Positions 20,801 through 31,500 of a stretch of DNA of 64,000 bases are shown here, in pieces (the stretch's first letter is position 1; every line of letters begins with the position of its first letter). Origin of the DNA: Candidatus Poribacteria bacterium (GTDB lineage: Bacteria; Poribacteria; WGA-4E; UBA9662); NCBI GenBank assembly GCA_036339735.1, contig JAYZAL010000038.1, forward strand, positions 92,076 through 156,075, given 5' to 3'. The translations under genes and the position numbers were made by a program. The notes under the pieces are model-generated. The model was not told the origin of the DNA. It was given only the letters and a program-made list of their open reading frames with translations, and made no database searches.

Positions 20801-20872
20801 TGGCAGCCTACGGGACTGAGCGACGGGAATATCTGATTCAGGAAAGAGGTATTGACTTATTTCGTTTGACAC
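17867..20872 (-). CDS. UvrD/PcrA-type SF1 helicase fused to a C-terminal PD-(D/E)xK nuclease with Fe-S cysteines
   Basis: AGPGSGKT, TFTNKAA, VDEYQD, VGDDDQSLY, NFRS, TIHQAKGLEF, LFYTAFSRA. C-terminus has CPRQ, GKVDL, IIDFRTG, CQTC-x5-C. Confidence 0.9.
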   Translation of the reverse strand: MSNEISQYLFPESDIPVAQSRRLPATPHRHVVNSSPTPASRTPTSAQRDAITNTEGPLLVIAGPGSGKTFTLVERVVHLVREKELAPENLLVVTFTNKAARELISRISTQLANAKIAFRLDDMYIGTFHSICLSILRKYINRTEFAKQVVQLDDFDQQYFIYERLDQYQRIAHTQHIWAKTDSRIDSQSRSSHPLPPEARRWNYASDIKYWMNRINEEMIDLDSLKNTSKQELHGLADCYQLYRQHLVESKVVDFSSVQAETLRLFRLHPTVLEELQSQVQYIMVDEYQDTSIIQERLLFDIAGKNQNICVVGDDDQSLYRFRSARVENILDFSNRFKPGVCKKIRLETNFRSHPSIIEFYNEWMKKGAWNENGQTFRHEKEIVPSSEHNFDRKQPSVFQVPNSQLNIPHFLKQLKSKGYINDWNQVVFLSRSVRDPEVQRLQKALETEGIGVYSPRARMFFQRREIQLIIGGLISLFADFEQLRRWNQTAKLAIWEYYDHQCRPLFQKELDKTENHGLAQWCKKQADFFQNLEKDTDQTLVKSFYGLLQFDLFAQYVKKTDTELERRSAHNLAKMSEILESFQRHHRVVSFNRDNLATQVQNFFNKFMTFLYNDVSEYEDELVVCPSGCVTFMTIHQAKGLEFPVVVLTSLDTLGHSAKISRLESFIKQISKSGKEPEWKVSDFDAWRLFYTAFSRAQDMLVMTWEKKPHLELEKLLSQVPSGIKQTLPAPKRRLKSVKKSDVIQPYTFSEHFNLFSSCPRQYHFFQELNFVRYEKEPWLFGTLVHHTIQDIHQKVLEQQKNSRIPAIDEDWLRDRLEYNYTVLQYQKGLDLQERSLDQAWQDVFRYVEREKESWSLIEWSELNVSRSEGKYILNGKVDLVKRYKNGLEIIDFRTGRQEELELDTDKLEQYRHQLDIYAYLVENQDHKKRSVLRVSLYLTSRNDHPILTLQRRDKDLNMEPFNQIVKKIEARDFDMAKRPEKICQTCEMASYCDAQSSCS

Positions 20873-21439
20873 CGATTTGAGTACAATTTAATACAAATTT
20901 ACCTCACTGACCGAATTATAACTTATAAAGTCTACTTAATCTAAGATTGATAAATCTGAGTGAGTCGGAAAAAGATAAAAGAGATCAACTAAAATTTTCA
21001 GATCAAAAATCGAATCAACTTTGTCCTGACGATGATTGTTCGATGGTTCTGCTCAGAAAATAAGCCAATACGCTACCTGTTATGGTAATACGTTATAGGT
21101 TACAAATTTATGATTTCTTGATCTGAAGAGCATCTTTCCCCACAGTCTTACTTGACCAATAAGATCGAGTGCCCATATCTTTTTAAAAAAGTATTTTTCA
21201 ACTATTCTAGGTTCGAGGCATAATATTTTTGGCAATTCTGATCCTAATACCCTTAGCAGACATTCATTAACATTGAATCAATATATCATCTTTTCTACAT
21301 TGGAAAGTCTCAACCAATTTCTTTTTTGCCTTATCTAAATTGCTATTTGCTTTAGAGTGAGAAAAAGATTAGAATGAAAAATTAAGAATCTAATCTACAA
21401 AGTAGCCTAGTGTGAGCAAAAAATGAAGAGGGTAAATAA

Positions 21440-23290
21440 ATGAGCGTAGGGAGAATAAATGAACCGGTTAAGGGCTCAAATCGAGGTGAAATCTATTTTG
21501 ACGATCCACCGATCAATAAGATTCAAAACGAGGATCTGGTTTATCATCAACTTTGTTTAGCAACGGACTTTGATGAAGTAGAAGGTAAACCATTCAGTAT
21601 TGATGGTACTCACCTGGGTGTGTTCAAATATAAAGATAAATTCTACGCTGTCGATAACCGATGTCCTCATATGGGTTATCCAATGTCGAAAGGCAGTATC
21701 CGAGACGGTGTGCTAATTTGTCACTGGCATCATTGGGAATTTGATTTGAAGTCAGGTGGATGTTTCCAAACATTTGGCGATGATTTAAAAGCATTTCCAG
21801 TTGAGATTCGAAAAGATGGTTATCTCTATGTTGGTCTTTCTCGTGGTGAACGGGAAGCTACAAAACGTAGAATGATTGACCAAGGGAAACGAGCATTAGA
21901 AAGAGGCTTGAAAGACCGAAGCAATTTTTTTATTGCCAAGGCAGTCACAGCTCTACGAAATGCAGGTGCCACTCCAAATGAAATTATTCAACAGGGCTTG
22001 TATTATGGAACTAATAAAAGTAGTGATGGATGGTCATCAGGTGTAACCATCCTAGCTCTAGCTGCTAATATGTGGAACGACGTGGATAAAAAAGACCATA
22101 ATCTGTTTTTGGTCCATGCCTTATCCCAAATCAGCCGCCGTACAACAGGTAGTTCTAGAACCTATCGATCTCCTTTCCCTCAGAATGGCCAAGAACACGA
22201 TCTACCTACTCTTAAAAGGTGGTTCCGTTACTTTATCGATAAGCGTCATGACGGTGCGGCTGAACGAATTCTGTTAACTCTCAACGACCGAGGCCATTCC
22301 AAGTCTACGATTGCTGATTTCGTCTTTACTGCCGCCACTGACTACTACTTTACAGGTGATGGTCATGCTCTTGACTTCGCTAACAAAATGTTTGAATCTT
22401 TGGATTACGTGGAATGGGAAGGCGCGCACGAAATACTCCGCCCTATCATCATTGATTTAACTAGTCGGACTAGGCACGAAGAGACTTCCCGCTGGGCAGA
22501 TGCATTGCCAGTGCTAGAACCTATTTTTGCCCGAATAGATGACATTTGGCAAGATAACCAAGATAATCAATCAGAATTAGATGTTACATCTTTTGCTCAA
22601 GTAATGCTGGGGGACGATTTTGTACCAGTATTAGATCAAATTGAGAAGAAACTTAGGTCTGGTGTTACACCTACCGATATTTGTCGAGCGATGACCTATG
22701 CTTCTGCTATTCGAATAGCTCGTTTTCATCTGAAAAATGAAGGGGATTGGCATGATGTAGCAAACATTTATTCCTACGCTCATGGTCTCTACTGTGCTTT
22801 CCAATATACTTCGACCCCAGAGCTACTACGTGGTATTTTTCACGGAGCTGTATTTCTAACATATCTTCGTTGGCTAAACATGCCATCAGCCCGGATTCCA
22901 AGAAATGGTCAGCATCTGACTGAAATTTTCAATACCCCCAAACAGATGCTTGAACGCTTAAAGGAATTTGCTGATTTTCAAAAAGTTTTTGAGGCTGAAA
23001 TCTTAGTGAATCAATATTTGGAAGAGGGCTATGACATTCAAGAATTGAAATTCACATTGGCACATATACTTCTTAGAGAAGATGCTGAACTTCACATGTT
23101 CCAAGTGTTAGAAGTAGCTTATCGACACTATGAAATCACCAAAGACATTGAAGAGAAAAGGATGCATCTGCTCGCAGCTACTCGTTATATTACAGCCCAA
23201 AAATTGATGAAAAACATCCTGTGGTCAACGGAAAATGCAGAACGATTGGCACGCGGTGAACTGCTTAGCGAAAGAGATGACGAAGATTAA
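21440..23290 (+). CDS. Rieske [2Fe-2S] ferredoxin fused to an uncharacterised helical domain
   Basis: CPHMG...CHWH Rieske motif in the first ~130 aa, followed by ~480 aa predicted to be alpha-helical. Confidence 0.85.
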   Translation: MSVGRINEPVKGSNRGEIYFDDPPINKIQNEDLVYHQLCLATDFDEVEGKPFSIDGTHLGVFKYKDKFYAVDNRCPHMGYPMSKGSIRDGVLICHWHHWEFDLKSGGCFQTFGDDLKAFPVEIRKDGYLYVGLSRGEREATKRRMIDQGKRALERGLKDRSNFFIAKAVTALRNAGATPNEIIQQGLYYGTNKSSDGWSSGVTILALAANMWNDVDKKDHNLFLVHALSQISRRTTGSSRTYRSPFPQNGQEHDLPTLKRWFRYFIDKRHDGAAERILLTLNDRGHSKSTIADFVFTAATDYYFTGDGHALDFANKMFESLDYVEWEGAHEILRPIIIDLTSRTRHEETSRWADALPVLEPIFARIDDIWQDNQDNQSELDVTSFAQVMLGDDFVPVLDQIEKKLRSGVTPTDICRAMTYASAIRIARFHLKNEGDWHDVANIYSYAHGLYCAFQYTSTPELLRGIFHGAVFLTYLRWLNMPSARIPRNGQHLTEIFNTPKQMLERLKEFADFQKVFEAEILVNQYLEEGYDIQELKFTLAHILLREDAELHMFQVLEVAYRHYEITKDIEEKRMHLLAATRYITAQKLMKNILWSTENAERLARGELLSERDDED

Positions 23291-23979
23291 GTCTCGGCCT
23301 GACTTTCTAAGTTATTATCGCTAAAGAGACGACCTAAAGGGGTTTGTTGTAAGACCATGTTGCTCGAAGCTACTAACCCCCCAGAAATCAGAAGTCGCAT
23401 GGCTGTTTCAGCTTTTATATCAAGTTCGTAAACAACATCAGTGTTACAAAAGAGTAAAACACCAGTTGTGGGGTTTGGGCTAGTGGGAACAAACACAGTC
23501 AGCAGAGGCTGGGAATTACCTTCTTCTTGGATTTCTCCAGTTACAAACCCAATTACCCTAAACGGTGAATCTGGGGTCTTGACGGAAACAACCCGTTGAA
23601 ACCGGCTTGAATCTTGTGGATTAAGCAAGACGTTAACAAATTCTTTGACCGGAGCGTAAACTTCCCTTACGATCGGGATTCGTGTTAAAACTTGCTCTGC
23701 TGTAGATATCAGACGCCGACCGATGATGTTGGAGACAATCAAGCCCGTGAAATAAATTATTAGGAACGTTATGAGTAATCCTAGTATTGTTTGAACTGTC
23801 GGCCCAAACAAAAGCGGATAATCACCGGCGGGAAAGAATTGAGACAGAAGGTTCGGCAGCCACCCGCCAATCTTTCTGAAGAGAAAACTAACAACAAAAA
23901 AGGTAACACCCAGAGGTACGAGTGTTAGAATGCCAGCAATTAGTGAGCTTCTGAGGTGGTCTTTAAATTTGTCTCCCAT
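23287..23979 (-). CDS. DUF502 membrane protein
   Basis: GILTLVPLGVT, RIPIVREVY, VFVPTSPNPTTG, ISGG. Confidence 0.9.
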   Translation of the reverse strand: MGDKFKDHLRSSLIAGILTLVPLGVTFFVVSFLFRKIGGWLPNLLSQFFPAGDYPLLFGPTVQTILGLLITFLIIYFTGLIVSNIIGRRLISTAEQVLTRIPIVREVYAPVKEFVNVLLNPQDSSRFQRVVSVKTPDSPFRVIGFVTGEIQEEGNSQPLLTVFVPTSPNPTTGVLLFCNTDVVYELDIKAETAMRLLISGGLVASSNMVLQQTPLGRLFSDNNLESQAET

Positions 23980-24033
23980 CCCCTAAACTCACCCCTTTAT
24001 GTTTTACAATGATGTCCGCCCCCACCAATATCG

Positions 24034-24048
24034 TAATGATTATCAATA
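24034..24048. promoter_or_regulatory. Fur-family-like 7-1-7 box
   Basis: TAATGAT-T-ATCAATA, a 13/14 match to TAATGATnATCATTA, in a divergent promoter region. Confidence 0.4.
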
Positions 24049-24187
24049 ATATCATCAAGCCAAGTCAGGCGTCAATGGCATTGACATTGACGCGAAAATT
24101 GTGGCAAAATCGTCATTGGTATTAGAATTCTTTCTTGCTTATATTCCATTTAAAAATCTATAACAGACAAACCCCACGTCGTACCAC

Positions 24188-24748
24188 ATGAAAATTTACA
24201 CAAAAACTGGTGATCAGGGAACAACAGCCCTTTTTGGTGGCCAGCGCATTAGAAAAGATGCTGATCTAATTCAACTCGTTGGTGAAGTAGATGAGCTGAA
24301 CGCATGCTTGGGCCTATCAGCTTCAACGACTGAAGATCAATTAATCGGCCAAATTTTGCAACGCCTCCAACACGAGCTCTTTAATCTAGGTGCTGAAATA
24401 GCTACGCCTTCAGCCCAACTACACAAGCTAGATAGTTTGATCAATTCAAAACAGGTTGATCTCATAGAATCTGACATAGACGAACTAGAATCTCATCTAT
24501 CGCCCATCCGCCAATTTATTTTACCTGGAGGTGGGCTAACAGCTTCTACTCTTCATCTAGCTCGTACAGTTTGCCGGCGTTGTGAGCGTAAGGCTGTTTC
24601 TTTGAATGGGGAGCAACCAGTTTCACCACTCATCCTTCAATACCTCAATCGTCTGTCAGATCTCCTTTTTATTTTAGCTCGTCGTGCTAATGCAGTCTCT
24701 GGTCAGCCAGATATCTATTGGCAACAAAGCCTCTCCACAAAACTCTAG
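24188..24748 (+). CDS. pduO: ATP:cob(I)alamin adenosyltransferase (PduO type)
   Basis: KIYTKTGDQG, GEVDELN, FILPGG, RTVCRRCER, YLNRLSDLLF. Confidence 0.93.
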   Translation: MKIYTKTGDQGTTALFGGQRIRKDADLIQLVGEVDELNACLGLSASTTEDQLIGQILQRLQHELFNLGAEIATPSAQLHKLDSLINSKQVDLIESDIDELESHLSPIRQFILPGGGLTASTLHLARTVCRRCERKAVSLNGEQPVSPLILQYLNRLSDLLFILARRANAVSGQPDIYWQQSLSTKL

Positions 24749-24776
24749 AAAATATTTGCGTGTAGAACAAGTTTAT

Positions 24777-25535
24777 ATGAGGCTGGAAAATAAAGTTGCG
24801 ATCATTACAGGAGCTGCAAGAGGAATTGGTCGAGCTACAGCAAAACGGTTTTCAGAAGAAGGTGCCTTTGTAGTAATAGACGATGTGGATGTAGAGAATG
24901 GCAGCCAGTTGGCTAGTGAAATTGTAGAAACAGGTGGAAAATCTCTTTTTATTGCCGCTGATATCTCAAAATATTGTAACACTATTCGGCTAGTAAGCCA
25001 AACGCTAGACCACTTCGGTAGAATCGACATCTTGGTTAACAATGCTCTGTGTAGTACTGAGAATATACTGGAAAATAATTGGGATCCCATCATCAAAGTA
25101 GCCTTGAAGGGTACAGATAATTGTACTCAAGCTGTGATTCCGGCTATGTGTAAGAACGGTGGTGGAAGTATTATTAATATAGCTTCAGTAAATGCTCTAA
25201 TCGGGCTACAAAATATACACGCATATTCGGCAGTAAAAGGAGCCGTTGTATCTTACACTCGATCTACGGCAGTTAGCTATGGTATAGATAATATCCGCAT
25301 TAACTGCATTTGCCCTGGAACGGTTGAGACAGAGGTTTGGGCACCAATGATTGAAAAAAATCCTAATATTTTTGATGACTTATTACCTTTCTACCCACTT
25401 GGGCGAATCGGTCAGCCTAGTGACATTGCAAATGCGGCTCTGTTTTTAGCTTCAGATGAATCTAGTTTTGTGACTGGTTCAGTTCTTGTGATTGATGGTG
25501 GATTGACCGCAGGTTTGCCACAATTTCCGATTTAA
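24777..25535 (+). CDS. Short-chain dehydrogenase/reductase
   Basis: TGAARGIG, VNNA, YSAVK, NCICPG; start ATG 24777. Confidence 0.92.
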   Translation: MRLENKVAIITGAARGIGRATAKRFSEEGAFVVIDDVDVENGSQLASEIVETGGKSLFIAADISKYCNTIRLVSQTLDHFGRIDILVNNALCSTENILENNWDPIIKVALKGTDNCTQAVIPAMCKNGGGSIINIASVNALIGLQNIHAYSAVKGAVVSYTRSTAVSYGIDNIRINCICPGTVETEVWAPMIEKNPNIFDDLLPFYPLGRIGQPSDIANAALFLASDESSFVTGSVLVIDGGLTAGLPQFPI

Positions 25536-25545
25536 TAACCAATTT

Positions 25546-28500
25546 GTGAAAACGAAAACTTCAGAATCTTATATTTCTCTAATATTATTATTTTTTAACT
25601 ATTGGCTGGCCATTAGCTGGGCTAACCCTGTTGTTACGCCATCAGTTAATGGTTTAACTATTAGTTTTGAGCTAAATAATCTGCAAGTCCAATCTGCTTC
25701 TGTCTCGAGCAAAACAGAACAAGATTTAAGTCGGTACAAACAAATTACATATGGGCAACCACCAGCCAATGGCCGATTAAGCGTGGCTGGTAACCCCCAA
25801 CTACCGGTGTCGAGATTCATTATTGGAGTACCTATTTCTAGCAATCCAACGATCGATGTAACCCAAGTTACTACAAAAAAACAATATGGAATTCAGGTCC
25901 TGCCCACGCCACATCGGGAAATTGTCCCCAATCAATCAAAGGATTCACTGAAAAGCGAAAAAATTCTGAGCCATTACAGGGAAGATGGATTCGCTTACCA
26001 AAGTAACGCTAATTATCCTCGAAAACTTGCCGAAATTGTTTACGATGGTTACATTCGCTCCCAACGGGTTATCTACCTTGAGTTACACCCGATTCAGTAT
26101 CACCCATCTTCACAAACTCTACTTACTCATTCTCGTTTGGTGGTTCAGCTTCGTTTTGACCACAGTTTATCAGACCCATCGTCAATACGGTTTGAGAGTA
26201 CGCCATCTACAATTTTTGGCCAAGAACAGTTCGGAACTTTTTCGAGCGTTCTAGAACCAAATGTTTTTGAACGACTATTCGAACATAATTTGATCAATGC
26301 AGAGCAAGCCCGACAGTGGCGTCGACAAGAAAAACAGCCTGACATAGAGTCTGAGCCGGAATTAGTCCAGACAAAAAAAAAGAGATACAAAATTTGTGTT
26401 AGTCAAACAGGTATATACCAACTGAGGGAAGTAGATCTACGTACCCGTTGGCAAATTGACCTGAGGCAAATTGACCCGCGCTTATTTCAGTTGCATCATA
26501 AGGGAAAAAATGGTTTAGAACAAGTACCGATCTATGTGAAAGGAGAACAAGATGGTCGTTTTTCTTCAGATGAATATATTACTTTTTTAGGTAAGAAAAC
26601 TAAAAACAGATATACTCGTTGGAACGTCTATTGGTTGAGTATTGGCAAGTCAGCTGGACTACGTGTGGCTGAGATTGACGCAAGCCCAACAGACCCAGGG
26701 GCTACCCAAATACCTGCATTTCGAGCCAAAAAGTATTTCGAAGAAGACCATCTACATAGTAACCTGCAGCATCTTACCCCAGACTCGGTTGTACCAAGAC
26801 GATCAGAACAAAATTATTCTAACTCACGTTTGTTGTTAAACCAGTCTTATGGCTCGGTAGTCGATACTAGTCAGAAGAATCGGTGGTTCGAATCCGTTGA
26901 AAGCTGGTTTTGGACTGGGGTCAGGAATTCTGGAGATTTTAACCAGATCGACTTAAACTTCCCTCTATTTGACCTAGCTAAAAGTTTTGATCAGCCACAA
27001 ATTGAGGTCGAGTTACAGGGGGGAACACCAACAGATCACCAAGCCCTCGTTTCAGTGAATGATATTCGGATTGATTTTGCTAGCTGGAAAAATCAAGACT
27101 CGTTTCGTGTTAGCCGGTCTTTACGTTTATGGAATAACTTAAAGGATGCAGGCAAAGGCGAGATGAATGCTATTACGCTTGCGCGTGTTGATACTACCAC
27201 TGAGGACAATACAACTCGGTATCCTTATCACATATATATTAACTCTTTTTCAGTCGAGTTCACCCGATTATTCAAAGCCGTAAATGAATTCATTGATTTT
27301 TCCACCCCTTCCTCGGATAAATCGTACGAAGTTCGTAGTCGTCGTAAGGTCGAATATCAATTGGAATCCTTCTTGTCACCTAGAATTGAAATTTTTGAGC
27401 ATGATGGTAGTCGGCTAGTTGCCAAACTTAGCAATGTATATGTGAAGGAAGATCAAATGAATGTCGCTGATCAGAATCGGTTGAGACAAATAGAGGCTGT
27501 TACTGAATATGGATTAATCGATCAGCAAATACCAGAAATTGATTATACCGCCACCTTCCAAGTTTCTGATGCTCATGATGGTAATTACATGGCTGTTTCC
27601 AGTCGCGGAATTAAACATCCTGATCGTATCGAGATTGTTGCACCAAGTGATTTACTCGATGTAACCAATGGGGCAGATTACATTGTCATAGCTCACCCAA
27701 CTTACATGTCTGAAGCTAAACGATTGGCAAATTGGCGACAAACAAATAGGGGTGGAAACTATAGAGTGAAGGTCGCAGATTTAACGGAAATTTATGACAC
27801 ATTTGGTCAGGGGTTCGTTAGCCCGAAAGCAATCAAATCTTTTCTGAAATACGCCTATCAGAGCTGGCAACCACCAAGTGTATCGTACGTCGTTCTAATG
27901 GGTGACGGTACTTGGGATTTCCGAGGTTTTGACACTGAAACTCACGTTGAACCACCTGAGACTGTCGGTTACATTCCGACCCACTATATTTGGACTAGTC
28001 AATTCGGTCAAACATCGACTGATCACTGGTATACGACGGTCAGTGGTATTGATGAACTTCCTGATTTTTACTTAGGGCGCCTATCGGTTGAGTCGATTGA
28101 TCAAGCTCAAGATATTGTAGACAAAATTATCGGTTATGAGTCTAACAGACCCAATGGAAAGTGGAGAAAGCAAATTGTTTCTGTAGCTGATGATGAAGTC
28201 AGTAATTCTGGAGACTTTATCTTTCGCCAAAGCCTAAACGAAATAGCCTCTGGGCATACGCTCCTCGGCTACGAAACTACCAAAATATTTCTGGAGGATG
28301 TAATCAAGGAAGTTAAATCTGATCCAGCAAAATACAACAATGAGCTACCAAGACGAGTAGCGAAAGACCGAGTGATTGAGGCTTTAGGACAGGGAAGTGT
28401 TATCGCCCAGTATGCTGGCCACGGTGGCCGTGTCGTTTGGGCACACGAGGCCATTTTTGATAACACGTCAATTGATCAATTAGCCGAAACTAAGCATCAA

Positions 28501-31500
28501 CCTTTTATGCTGGTACTCAGCTGTTATAATGGTTATTTCGACAAGCCCGGTGAGCCTAGTATGGCGGAGAAACTTTTACGACACAGAAATGGTGGCATCA
28601 TTTCTATGCTTAGTGCTACTCGGCTCACTTATGGTAGTGGAAATGATGCCCTGAACCGAATTATTTTTGACTCCATATTCAAACGAAATGTTCGAAATTT
28701 TGGCTCCTTGAGTTATGATTCGAAAGTTGAGCTTTTAGCTACGGAAGGTACAGGACAAATCGACGTGATGCTAGCTTATACACTTTTTGGGGATCCAGCA
28801 ATGCAACTGGCAATAGCAGACTATGAAACCCAACCACGGCTGGCTAATCGTACCACTGCGCCAGGTGAAATATTGAAAGTTGAAGGTGGACAAATTTTCA
28901 GAATTGATTATGATGCAAAAAAAAGACAGAAAAACTATTACCCACTTAAAGATTTTAATGGTCGGTTAGAAGCTCGAGCTGTTTTCCCTGGGACTTACAG
29001 AACAGCTCAGACAGAAGATGGTGTCATTGAGGTCTATAACGGCGATATTGTTTCAAAAGCTTCTACGTCCGTGACTGACGGCCGTTACGATTCTTTTCAA
29101 ATTACTGTACCAACAGATGTTCGAGAAGGTACGGCTCACCTGGAAGTTTACGCGGAGTCTCTTCAGCATATTGCAGTTGGTGGTATTTCGTTTAGCGTCA
29201 AAGTGCCTCGCATTGTGGAAATTAAACCCAAACTCGTTTCCGAGACAACGTTTCAAATTTCTGCGTTAATCGCAGACGAACTGACCAGAGGAAAAAAGAC
29301 AGGTGTGGAGACAGTTACATTGGAATGGAGACATCCAACAACTAGAGACTGGTCTAGTACCAAAATGATTGCAGATGATAGCCAAGGAATAGGTTGGTAT
29401 AAGACTGAAATTCCTTTACCCTTAGCTAAGAATACGGAACCTATTCGTTACCAAATTGTTGCTACTGATATCGATGGATTGCAAACTACTTCGGATTTAC
29501 AACAGTATCGTCCTTATACTTTACCTGATTTATCCCCAATTGATGTGAGCTTTGACGTTGGCGCACTGATTTATCAAGTTTATTCTGCTAAAGGTGGGTG
29601 GGAATTACGAGCAGACATTCAACAATCAGAAGATTTCCAAATTCAACAAGATATTAAAGTTGTATTTTTTAGCGGAAATCCGGATAGAGATGATGACGGT
29701 ATGATTGACCAGTCAGCAAAAAAAATTGGGCAAACAGTAATCCCACCAGTTGCTTGGAAAACACGAAAGGAACACACCATAGAAATGGGAGACAGTGTTA
29801 ACTCTCCATTAGCTATAACCAAGGACCCACTCAATTTGAACCAAATAGCAACCGGCAGTATCCGTTATCAATTACCAATCGGTGAACAAGTTATCTTTGT
29901 TTGGGTCAATCCACCAAACGATGAACAGCAAAGTGAAGTTAGTTATAGTAATAATATTGCAGCCAAAAATCTGGAACATAAAGATTTGCAAGTGGGACAA
30001 AAAGATATGAATTTCTCACCTCCAGGTTACGCATTTAGTTTGAGATTGCCGAGGGCGAGTTTTGGCCATACTTCTATCCTTCGGTTAGATTCTCTACCTA
30101 CCCCCCCACCTATGCAACCCAGCCTGAAATCAATTCCTCTTGGTGGTGATAATGATTCGGTATTAGCTTATAATTTTCTTCTAGAGAAGCCTGAAACCGG
30201 TGGTTCTTCAGCGAATCTAATTTCTCCGGTGACAATTGAACTTTACTTTGACTGGACCGCTTTGAAAGCCGAACAAGAAAAAATGATTGGTCTGGAAGAA
30301 GGAGAAATCCCAGACCAGAGTCAGTTAGAAATCATAACGGCTGGCGCCAAACAAGTTGCTGATCAGTTACGTGTCTATCGGTGGTTGAGTGATATGGGGA
30401 AGTGGTTACAACTGGCCGAATCTCCGGGTCAGTCAACCGAGGTCATTCAGCTTGAGACATTGGCAACCAACGTTCGATCAGAAAATAAGGGTGATGGCCA
30501 TATCAAAACAGTCCGCCTTGATGCAAATGCCAGTGTACGTGAAGGTAAATGGGTCCTGTTTTTTACTGGTAGCGATACTTACCGACTTTATTTGGGCCAA
30601 AAAGAAGACGATGAGAAATTCGATTCACTAGAATTAATCGACAACAGTTTAATAATTCCTTCTGATTTGACTGAAAATACGGTATATCGTTATGGTATGG
30701 ACACGAAAATTATCAAAGGAAATATACCATTCCAATTTGGTGACATCCTCAATTTTGAAGTGTTAAAGTATAAGTTGACTGGACAAAATGAGATGCGCCA
30801 CTATGCTTCTGCCATTCGTCGCAGTAATAACGGAAATGGTGTTTTGCGACTGTTGGCTGGCAAAAAACAGATACCACCTGATAGTTGGATCGTACTTTTC
30901 TTAACCGAACAGACTTTTCAAGTGGAAGGAAAATCAAGCGGATTACTAGCCACAAGAGGTCAGCTCGACGAAGTATACCAAGATTCAAATACAGGACTAA
31001 GTTTCGAGATTACTAGCGGTCTCGATATCTTTGATACCGGTGATAGCTTTTCATTTCAAACGAGAGAAATTGGCCGTGTTCAAGCCGAAACCAGTGCTCT
31101 AGGCACATTTGCTCTGATGCACAGCTCTGACCGCACTAATCCCGACATTCAATTGACGGTCGGCAGACAAAATTTTGTTAGCGGTGATCCGGTATCTGAC
31201 ACACCATTGATACAGGCGACTATTAGCGACGATAACGGTATTAATCCCGAGTCGATCAAATTAGAAATTGGACAAAACAATCGTAATTTTCGCCAACTGA
31301 CTGATGTAGAGATAAGCCAACAATATGGGGCTAACCAAGTTTTGGTTAACTATCAGTCAGAAGAACTGAAGCAAGGTGTGTATCAAATTCGGCTATTTGC
31401 CAAGGATCTCGATGGTAACAGGTCAGAAACAAAGATTGAGTTTCAAGTTAATAAAGGTCTACAGTTACTAAAAGTGCTGAATTATCCTAACCCGTTTAAT

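Noticed and set aside
17867-20872. Gabija, Cas4 or AddAB assignment for the helicase
   Set aside because: No OLD-family GajA, no cas genes or array, and no second subunit adjacent.
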